A stretch of 60,563 nt of DNA, counting the filler. It is 6 parts of 6 records of this genome, joined end to end, with 100 filler letters (N's around TTAATTAATTAA, not from the genome) between each part and the next. Parts side by side here need not be neighbours in the genome. Positions count along the whole stretch, not along the records: positions 10,661 to 17,689 come from SRR31156797_630; positions 17,790 to 35,365 come from SRR31156797_638; 4 more parts are not named here. One strand, given 5' to 3'. The notes under the pieces were generated by a model. The model ran no database searches, had not been told where the DNA came from, and was given only the letters and a program-made list of their open reading frames with translations. A program made the translations under genes and the position numbers. Below are positions 10,661 through 18,143 of the stretch, in pieces (position 1 is the stretch's first letter; each line of letters begins with the position of its first letter).

Positions 10661-10894
10661 TGTTTACTCCCACTGTGAGGCTCGTGAATGAAAGGTGTTT
10701 TATAGGAAAAGTTGTGTGAGTTCTCGTCGCTGTGCTGGAAGGGACAGGTCTGAAGCAGGTTATGCTGAAGCGGTGTAATTTATTTCATTCATGATTTATG
10801 TGGATTCAGTATAAGAAATTATGAATGTAACGTGAGAGTAATAATATTGAGCTGAATGATTGTTACATGGTTCTAGTTAATTATAAAGTTATGC
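10661..10894 (+). mobile_element. Degenerate attC sites / cassette junctions upstream of the first cassette gene
   Basis: GTTRRRY cores GTTATGC at 10759-10765 and 10888-10894. Internal TGTAAC/GTTACA inverted pair. TTCAGTATAAG near 10805 is a 2-mismatch complement of GTTATGCTGAA. Confidence 0.5.
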
Positions 10895-10919
10895 CTACAA
10901 AGGATATAAGGAGAAACTT

Positions 10920-11147
10920 ATGGAAAAGTATATGAATTTTGGTGGAAACTCTAATGTTGTAGCTTATGAAATAGGAATTGGTGAAATCTCTGTAATGTTT
11001 AATGGTGGAAAAACATACTTATACACGAATGCAAGTGCTGGTTTTTCAAATATTACTCAAATGCAAAGATTAGCAAAACAAGGTCATGGTTTGAATAGTT
11101 TCATAAAAAAATATGTCAATAAAGGCTATGCAAGGATATTGAACTAG
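10920..11147 (+). CDS. Small KTSC-like domain protein
   Basis: 75 aa with AAGGAG RBS. SNVVAYEIG...V.F.GG..Y.Y...G.GLNSFI pattern resembles KTSC-related proteins. Confidence 0.65.
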   Translation: MEKYMNFGGNSNVVAYEIGIGEISVMFNGGKTYLYTNASAGFSNITQMQRLAKQGHGLNSFIKKYVNKGYARILN

Positions 11148-11185
11148 GTACTTTTGGTAAAATTATACAATTTTTGAGGACCATT

Positions 11186-12376
11186 ATGAATGAAATAGCT
11201 TTAATATCTATAAGCTTCTCTTTGGGAATAATAATTGGGTACATAATAAACTCAATACGTAATAGAAATATTTCAAATGCAGTAAATGAAATAACAAAGG
11301 TGCAACAAGATGCTTTAGTAGAAAAAGTTAAATCTGAATTTAAGGATTTATCTTCTTTAGCATTAAAAAATTCGAATCAAGAGTTTTTATCCTTAGCTGA
11401 AACTAGGTTAGCTAATGAAAGAAACATTACTTCTAAAGAGCTTGAAAATAAAAAAGAATTAATAGATCAGCAATTAGAGAAAATGACAAAAGAGTTGGAA
11501 AAAGTAGGTACTCAGGTTAGAGATTTTGAAACTGATAGAGAGAAAAAGTATGGGGAACTGACTGAAGGAATAAAAAATGTTAATAAGCAAGCAACAGATT
11601 TACTTTCAACAACAAATAATTTGAAAGAAGCACTATCAAGCAATAAATCCCGTGGCCAGTGGGGAGAAAGAATGGCTGAAGATGTATTGAGATTAGCTGG
11701 ATTTATTGAAAATATTAATTATTTACATGATAAGAAAGTTAGTGATGATAATACTAGGCCAGATTATCATTTTTTCATGCCAAATGATCTTACAGTTAAT
11801 ATGGATGTAAAATTCCCTTGGAACAATTACATAAAGTATCTTGAGTGTGAAAATATACTTGAGAAAGAGGATCATAAAAAGAATTTTTTTAAAGATGTTC
11901 GAAATAGAATCAAAGAAGTGACATCTAAGAATTATATTGACCCATCCAATAAAACAGTAGATTATGTTTTACTTTTTATCCCAAATGAAAGTATATATTC
12001 ATTTATACATGAAAGTGATAGAACAATCTTAGATGAAGCTTTAGAGAAAAAAGTAATTTTGTGCTCTCCTATAACGTTATTTGCAGTTCTCTCTATTATT
12101 AGAAAATCAGTTGATAATTTTGCATTGGAGAAAACATCAAATGAATTATTAAGCCTTTTTGGGCTCTTTAAAAAACAGTGGGACTTATATAAAAGCAAAA
12201 CTGAAGACTTAGGAAAAAAGATTCAAAGTGTCGTAAAAGAATATGAAGGGCTAACGTCAACTAGAACCAGAATGCTGGAGAAACCACTTCAAAAAATTGA
12301 TGAAATAAGAAATGAAAAATCAATTTCCCTAGCTCCGGAATCAGAATTAATTGACTTTAAAGAGGTTGAGGCATAA
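11186..12376 (+). CDS. rmuC: DNA recombination protein RmuC family
   Basis: N-terminal TM, coiled coil, RGQWGE, RPD...MDVKFP nuclease-like motif, FIPNESIY. Confidence 0.9.
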   Translation: MNEIALISISFSLGIIIGYIINSIRNRNISNAVNEITKVQQDALVEKVKSEFKDLSSLALKNSNQEFLSLAETRLANERNITSKELENKKELIDQQLEKMTKELEKVGTQVRDFETDREKKYGELTEGIKNVNKQATDLLSTTNNLKEALSSNKSRGQWGERMAEDVLRLAGFIENINYLHDKKVSDDNTRPDYHFFMPNDLTVNMDVKFPWNNYIKYLECENILEKEDHKKNFFKDVRNRIKEVTSKNYIDPSNKTVDYVLLFIPNESIYSFIHESDRTILDEALEKKVILCSPITLFAVLSIIRKSVDNFALEKTSNELLSLFGLFKKQWDLYKSKTEDLGKKIQSVVKEYEGLTSTRTRMLEKPLQKIDEIRNEKSISLAPESELIDFKEVEA

Positions 12377-12470
12377 CCAACACATGAAATAGAAATAGCT
12401 ACTGATCATGATTCTTGCATACGCAACAATCATGCCAGTACACGCCATTCAATTTATGTGGATGTTAAAT
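12371..12470 (+). mobile_element. Integron attC site
   Basis: R'' GCATAAC overlaps the rmuC stop, R' GTTAAAT. Imperfect palindrome CACATGAA/TTTATGTG, TACTG/CAGTA, CATGATT/AATCATG, TTGC/GCAA. AGGCATAAC is the exact complement of GTTATGCCT at 10888. Confidence 0.85.
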
Positions 12471-12494
12471 ACAAAAAGGATAAAGGGAGTTCAA

Positions 12495-13157
12495 ATGGTT
12501 ACAATTACAAAAAGAATAGATGAAAATCTAGATTTTGAAAATCTTTGCCAAGATATTATAGATAAATCTAAGCAAGCAATTAATGATAAAAAGGTATTAT
12601 CCCATTCAATATTATTATATACAAGTAGGCATGGACATTTAGCAAGAATGCTTTCTGATCGATACTTATATACAGCATTAAATGAAGTTTCTGGAAGATA
12701 TTTAAATATCTATCATGCTGAGGCAAAAATTCAAGATAGTAGTGATTCTAATCTTGAGATGATGGGATTTATGAACTCTCTTGATGTCAATGTATATCGT
12801 GATAGGAATGAATATAATTCTGTTATTGAAAAATTTAGATATGAATTCAATATAAGGTCAAATATTAACAACCCAATATTATTTTTTTTTACATCGAATG
12901 ACGGTGAAAGTTTTGATAATACTTATACTGTTGTTTTAAGAGGTCGAAATGCTGATGAATATTATATTGATTTGACCCAAATTATTGGATCTGTTACTAA
13001 TGCAATTAATAAAGTTGTTGATGAGAACATTAGTAATCAGAATGAGATATTAAATTTAGCAATAGAGCACATTGATGTATATAAATTTAAAAGGGTGATT
13101 AAAAGAACAACTGACTCTTCTATCTTTCAGATATTAAGTTTCTTAAAACCAGCCTAA
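12495..13157 (+). CDS. Hypothetical protein (cassette gene)
   Basis: ATG 12495 with GGGAG RBS just after the attC. The longer ORF start at 12408 lies inside the attC. Confidence 0.75.
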   Translation: MVTITKRIDENLDFENLCQDIIDKSKQAINDKKVLSHSILLYTSRHGHLARMLSDRYLYTALNEVSGRYLNIYHAEAKIQDSSDSNLEMMGFMNSLDVNVYRDRNEYNSVIEKFRYEFNIRSNINNPILFFFTSNDGESFDNTYTVVLRGRNADEYYIDLTQIIGSVTNAINKVVDENISNQNEILNLAIEHIDVYKFKRVIKRTTDSSIFQILSFLKPA

Positions 13158-13210
13158 TAGTATGCTTGATATTCGATTTAAGTATTAATATGCAATAAAG
13201 AGGATTATCT

Positions 13211-15265
13211 ATGACACCCATGAACTCAAATTTATTAGGGCGATTACGTAATACTAATTTAGCCAAAACTCATGGATTGTTACCATTATATGAAGCTGTA
13301 ATAAATTCAATTCATGCAATAGAAGAAGCTGGAATTGATACAAGTGATGGCAGAATTGAAATTTTAGTAATAAGAGATGAAAAATCAACGCAGCAAGATT
13401 TTACTGAATCAACAAAAAGAGGCCCTGATGCTGAAGAAGATATCCAAACATTTATTATCAAAGATAATGGCATTGGGTTTAATGATAAAAATTTAGAATC
13501 CTTTAAGACACTAGACTCGGATCATAAAGTTGATAAAGGGTGTAGAGGAATAGGCCGCCTTTTATGGTTAAAGGCATTTGATAATATTAGAGTAACAAGT
13601 TCATTTAAAGCAAATGAAGTTCAAAAAAAAGAAAGAAATTTTTTATTTAATCGTGATATTGGTATTTCAGATATTGATGAAAAAGATATTGTGGAGTCGG
13701 CACCTTTAAGTACGTCTATTGAATTAATTGGATACAAAGATAGATACAGGAAATCTACTAGTAAAACTTTGTCATCGATATCAGACCACTTGTTTGAGCA
13801 TTGTTTATGGTATTTTATTAGAAAAGGTGGTACTCCTAAAATTATAATAAGAGACGATAATGAATCTATTGATCTTGATCAAGTCTATGATTGCCATATG
13901 CAGTCCTCTTCAGATATAAAAAAAATTGTAATCAAAGATATTAATTTTTATCTAACACATATTAAATTAAACCAAAGCACTTCACAAAATCATACATTGG
14001 CATATTGTGCATCAAATCGATTAGTCAAAGAAGATAATATTAGTGGGAAAATACCAGGACTTTACGGTAAATTAAATGACAATGCGAATAGTTTTATATA
14101 CTCATGCTATATTACTTCTGAATATTTAGATGAAAGAGTACGCCCAGAAAGAACCGATTTCTTTGTTGAAGATGACGTTGATTCCTTATTTTCTAAGAAT
14201 GAGATTTCTCTTGATGATATTAGAAAAAATGTCTTTATAGAAATTGAAAATTATCTTTCTGAATTTCTTATTGAAAAAAAGAATGCAGGTAAGGAACGCA
14301 TCAAAAAATTCATTGATAACAATGCTCCTAGATATAAACCCATCTTGTCTCGAATTCCAGAAAAAGAACAATTTATAAATCCAGAGATAAAAGATAAAGA
14401 TCTTGATCTAAAATTACATGGATTCCTTTCAGAAATAGAGTCAACTATTATTTCTGAGGGACATGATATTATGGTTCCTAAAAAAAATGAAAAAAATGAT
14501 AAATATCAAGAAAGGTTAAAAGACTATTTATCCAAGGTATCTGATATAAAGAAATCGGATCTTGCGAATTATGTTTCACATAGAAAAGTTATTCTTGATC
14601 TTCTTAAAGTAGCAATTGAACGTGATGAAGATGGACGTTATTCTAGGGAGGATTTGATTCACCAGCTAATTATTCCGATGCAATTTCAATCAGATCAATT
14701 AATGTTTGATGATAGTAATTTATGGTTATTAGATGAAAAATTGGCTTTTCATGACTATTTAGCATCCGATAAAACATTGAAATCAATGCCCATAACAGAT
14801 TCGAATAGCACGAAAGAACCAGATATTATTTCATTAAATATTTTTGATAATCCCTTACTCGTATCAGAAGGAGAGTCTCTTCCATTAGCATCTATTGTCG
14901 TTATTGAAATAAAAAGACCTATGAGAAATGATGCAAAGTCAGGAGAAGATAAAGATCCAATTGAGCAAGCACTAGGTTATTTAGAAAGGGTACGAAATGG
15001 CAAAGTAAAAACTTCTTTAGGAAGACCAATACCAAAATCTGAATCTATACCTGGTTATTGCTATATTTTAGCAGATTTAACTGAATCAATTCAAAAAAGA
15101 TGTAAGTTCTACGACGCTACTTTAACAAGTGATGGCTTAGGTTATTTTTTTTACAATAAGTCATTTAATGCGTATGTTGAAGTTATTTCGTTTGATCAAT
15201 TATTAAATTCGGCTAAAGCAAGAAACAGGGCATTTTTTGATAAGCTAAGTTTACCAACAAATTGA
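13211..15265 (+). CDS. GHKL (HATPase) ATPase fused to a C-terminal PD-(D/E)xK nuclease-like domain
   Basis: LYEAVINSIHA, IKDNGIGF and GCRGIGR GHKL motifs; EPDII...IEIKRP...IEQALGY nuclease motif. Confidence 0.8.
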   Translation: MTPMNSNLLGRLRNTNLAKTHGLLPLYEAVINSIHAIEEAGIDTSDGRIEILVIRDEKSTQQDFTESTKRGPDAEEDIQTFIIKDNGIGFNDKNLESFKTLDSDHKVDKGCRGIGRLLWLKAFDNIRVTSSFKANEVQKKERNFLFNRDIGISDIDEKDIVESAPLSTSIELIGYKDRYRKSTSKTLSSISDHLFEHCLWYFIRKGGTPKIIIRDDNESIDLDQVYDCHMQSSSDIKKIVIKDINFYLTHIKLNQSTSQNHTLAYCASNRLVKEDNISGKIPGLYGKLNDNANSFIYSCYITSEYLDERVRPERTDFFVEDDVDSLFSKNEISLDDIRKNVFIEIENYLSEFLIEKKNAGKERIKKFIDNNAPRYKPILSRIPEKEQFINPEIKDKDLDLKLHGFLSEIESTIISEGHDIMVPKKNEKNDKYQERLKDYLSKVSDIKKSDLANYVSHRKVILDLLKVAIERDEDGRYSREDLIHQLIIPMQFQSDQLMFDDSNLWLLDEKLAFHDYLASDKTLKSMPITDSNSTKEPDIISLNIFDNPLLVSEGESLPLASIVVIEIKRPMRNDAKSGEDKDPIEQALGYLERVRNGKVKTSLGRPIPKSESIPGYCYILADLTESIQKRCKFYDATLTSDGLGYFFYNKSFNAYVEVISFDQLLNSAKARNRAFFDKLSLPTN

Positions 15266-15270
15266 TCTCT

Positions 15271-15391
15271 ATATAACAAAAATATGAAGCAGTCATTTCT
15301 TGCTGTGGGTAGTAATAAGAAAAATATTTATTTCTGTGACTGGTGAAGGTTAAACTTGAATCCAAGAAAGGTGCTTAGATATTTGTCAGAT
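15271..15391 (+). mobile_element. Degenerate attC site
   Basis: ATATAAC-AAAAATATGAAGCA..TTTCTTG pairs with CAAGAAA-GGTGCTT-AGATATTT-GTCAGAT. The R' core is mutated (GTC for GTT). Confidence 0.6.
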
Positions 15392-15477
15392 ATGTATTAG
15401 ATATAGCAGATTAAAATTGACTGTATAATGAGTGTGTGTATATAATTGAAAAACCTGAATGAGCAAAGGAGTTATGA

Positions 15478-16134
15478 ATGAGACAAGAACTAACAAAAAG
15501 AGACGTTTTATTCTCTATAGGCGGTTTTTTAGTAGCCATAGCTATTGGAGTAATAACTTGGATGATTACTGAAAATCAAAGGTTAAATAGTGAGATTATC
15601 GCGTTACAGCATATCCAAACAGTTGTTGAAGATACAGCAAAATCCTCAGAGCATGCAAGGATTGTTGCTCTTGAGGCTGAAGAATTATTGAGTGATGCTG
15701 AGAGTAAAGTTGAGCAAATATATGCAGCCATTGATACTTCAAAGGCTTTGACATCTGCAGATAATCAAATGGAAGAACTAAGGATAATAGCGAAATCTGA
15801 GGCTGAAAGGATTGTTAATGGCTACTTAGAAGAAAATATTCCTTTGCCTATACTTGCAACATTAACTGTTAAGAATGGGAAATTAGTTGAAGGCTCAAGT
15901 GATGTAACTTTTAATAATGGTGTAGTTACTTTTCAGAATCCACAGGGAATACCATATGTTCCTATAATATCTGACTATCTCAATAACAATTATATGACAA
16001 CTAAATCCTTTATAAAAGAGATTTCGAGCAACAATCAATTCGTTATTTGGGAAACAACACTTGATACAAGTGGGAGAAATAATGCACCAAAAAACTTTAC
16101 AGCTGTTGTAATTGGAATTGATCTAAAATCATAA
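15478..16134 (+). CDS. Hypothetical protein with N-terminal TM and coiled coil
   Basis: 218 aa with AAAGGAG RBS; candidate TTGACT-N18-TATAAT promoter at 15417-15446. Confidence 0.75.
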   Translation: MRQELTKRDVLFSIGGFLVAIAIGVITWMITENQRLNSEIIALQHIQTVVEDTAKSSEHARIVALEAEELLSDAESKVEQIYAAIDTSKALTSADNQMEELRIIAKSEAERIVNGYLEENIPLPILATLTVKNGKLVEGSSDVTFNNGVVTFQNPQGIPYVPIISDYLNNNYMTTKSFIKEISSNNQFVIWETTLDTSGRNNAPKNFTAVVIGIDLKS

Positions 16135-16195
16135 ATGGGGGAAATACTGGTCACGATTTGTAAGAATCGTGTACTAATATTTCTCGCTGCTTCCA
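16121..16195 (+). mobile_element. attC remnant
   Basis: ATCTAAA (degenerate R'') then hairpin GAAATA-CTGGT-CACGATT/AATCGTG-TACTAA-TATTTC resembling the core of the 12371 attC. No R' found. Confidence 0.45.
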
Positions 16196-16494
16196 TAGAA
16201 TTCTATTTTGAAAGTGAAACTCAGCCGGAGGCCTTTCCGAATATAATCGGAGCTTTCTGGTGGGCTATCGCAAAATTGACTACTGTAGGATATGGAGATG
16301 TTTACCCAGTGACACTATTAGGAAGATTTCTGTCTGGTTGCATAGCATTCTTGGGTATAGGCCTGGTGGCTTTGCCCACAGGAATTATCAGTTCAGGATT
16401 TATGGAAGAAGTGGCTAGCCAGAAGATGAAGAGAATGGGACGTTCCAGAGTAAAAATTAAGAAAAGGAAAAAGAAACGTAGAATCAAAGCCTGA
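16135..16494 (+). pseudogene. 5'-truncated potassium channel / ion transporter (pore region only)
   Basis: FWWA...LTTVGYGD selectivity filter plus inner helix. The N-terminal part is replaced by attC-like sequence. Confidence 0.75.
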
Positions 16495-16525
16495 TTAAAA
16501 ACCTGAAGTCAGATAGGAAAATGAT

Positions 16526-16948
16526 ATGGTATCTTTTGAAACTATAAGAGTTGGTAATAAGTATAGTCGTCCTTATCTTGCAGAACTCTGGGGGTATAGA
16601 GCTCATAATGCAATTGGTAGAGGGGTTGTTACACCTAAAAACCAGAGACTTATTATTTTCTTTGTTACAAAAGAGAAACAGAGTTCTTTGACCCAGTATG
16701 AAGATAGAATAGATGGAGACCTTCTTTTCTGGGAAGGTGAAAAAGGGCATAGCAGTGATACTAGAATCGTTGATAAGACTGATGATATTCATATTTTCTA
16801 TAGAGATAGGCATCATTCTGATTTCACTTATGAGGGTAAAACTATAGTGAATGCGTCCGGGATCGTAGGGGCGCGAAACGGTCACGCCGTAGGCGGGACG
16901 GACACCCCTGCAGAGCCCAATCCCTCCGTAGGAGGGAGACGCCCATAA
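16526..16948 (+). pseudogene. N-terminal SRA-like domain of a restriction/HNH endonuclease, apparently 3'-truncated
   Basis: YSRP.LAELWGY...RGVVTP...FVTKEKQ..LTQY.D...WEGE..H pattern. After FTYEGK the frame runs into GC-rich REP sequence. Confidence 0.55.
16864..16946. repeat. GTAG-type REP-like element
   Basis: GTAGGGGCG (16865)...CACCCCTGC (to 16911); three CGTAGG motifs within about 70 nt. Confidence 0.55.
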
Positions 16949-17024
16949 TCTTCAATTTCTTCTTCTCCTCCCCAGGGGATATGGTCTACCATTGGGAGGA
17001 GATTGCTCCCCGGCAGAGGTTCTT

Positions 17025-17441
17025 ATGAAGATCTATATCCATTCCATCCGTTTCCAGCTGATACTGATATTCGGGATGCTAAGTGTCATCATCTCCTCCA
17101 TGATACTGACCCTGACCTACAATCAGGAACAGAATATCAGAACCTTTTCCAGGATGTCCGAAGAGAGCCTGAGGCTGAGCCGCCTGCCCGTGAAGATAGG
17201 GGCCATCGATCATCTGCTCGATCTGTACCAGAGCATCGAAGAAAAGGAGTTCTTTGAGAGCTATGAGAATAGCTACTCCGAGATCTCGGAGATCATGGCC
17301 ACCCTTGCGCCCCCTCCCGATGGGGAGATCCCCAATATCCGGCCGACTCATTATCATGAGCTGGATAAGGTGATCACCGCCTTTAACACCATGAAGCGGA
17401 GCGTCCCCCGTTGGGGGGAGCGTCGGGATCCGCCCGCCTGA
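17025..17441 (+). pseudogene. Internally deleted sensor histidine kinase remnant
   Basis: SIRFQLILIF TM start jumps to HAMP-like ELDKVITAFNTM with no kinase core; higher GC than the cassettes. Confidence 0.5.
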
Positions 17442-17443
17442 AA

Positions 17444-17530
17444 GAATAACGCTGAAGGAACGGGGCAGGCGCAAAGGGCGCCAAGAGGCCAGCCAGGGCT
17501 TCGCCCCTGCCTCATTCCTTGCCGTTCGCT
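17444..17530 (-). mobile_element. attC-like palindrome, opposite orientation to the array
   Basis: Minus strand reads GCGAAC-GGC-AAGGAATGAGGCAGG...CCTGCCCCGTTCCTT-CAGC-GTTATTC. Confidence 0.45.
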
Positions 17531-17600
17531 GACAAGGCAGAATAAGACACCACAGATTTATTTCTATGGTGTCTGCTTTCTATATAGAAATTACTATTTA

Positions 17601-17689
17601 GGGCCTGCTGAAAAAGTCCTAATTGTAAATTTACAAAGGAGATACAGGTCGTTATAATATCATCAGGTGCATGAAATATGGGGCAAATG
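17601..17689 (+). mobile_element. Probable IS left end (IS5/IS1182-like terminal repeat) with promoter
   Basis: GGGCCTGCTGAAAAAGTCC resembles IS5/IS1182-type IR ends. It is followed by TTTACA-N17-TATAAT and an ATG at the contig edge. Confidence 0.4.
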
Positions 17690-17789
17690 NNNNNNNNNNN
17701 NNNNNNNNNNNNNNNNNNNNNNNNNNNNNNNNNTTAATTAATTAANNNNNNNNNNNNNNNNNNNNNNNNNNNNNNNNNNNNNNNNNNNN
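17690..17789. other. Artificial contig linker
   Basis: N-run with TTAATTAATTAA. Confidence 0.98.
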
Positions 17790-17981
17790 ACTAAATACTA
17801 ATCTATCTCTATTTAACCAACTTGGGTTCTTTGGATCAACTTTTAAGTGTTTGCTTAAAACTGTAGCAATATCTGCTAGTCCCATTGGAGCACCTGGGTG
17901 TCCACTATTTGCTTTTTGTATCATATCCGCTGCTAAAAATCGGATCGTATCTGCTTGTTTTTGTAGTAGTGCGTGTGACAA
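17790..17981 (-). CDS. tkt: Transketolase, N-terminal part (truncated by contig end)
   Basis: [22 protein letters not shown]...[11 protein letters not shown] start with AGGA RBS. Confidence 0.93.
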
Positions 17982-18143
17982 TTTATATCCTATCAATAAA
18001 TGAATTTTCGCGATTATATCGAAACTTAAGTAAATGGTATATAAAGTATTTTTCAATTACACAATTAATTTTTATTAAATATATTTATGTTACCATTCGC
18101 TCTTAATACTAAAAATTTGACTAATATTTTAAAAAGGCATTTG

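Noticed and set aside
12408-12494. Upstream extension of the 249-aa ORF
   Set aside because: It lies within the attC palindrome. A better RBS precedes ATG 12495.
17974-17981. Single TGTGACA at the tkt start (also one at about 21394)
   Set aside because: Lone heptamers in coding sequence without the second repeat or -10 spacing; consistent with chance.
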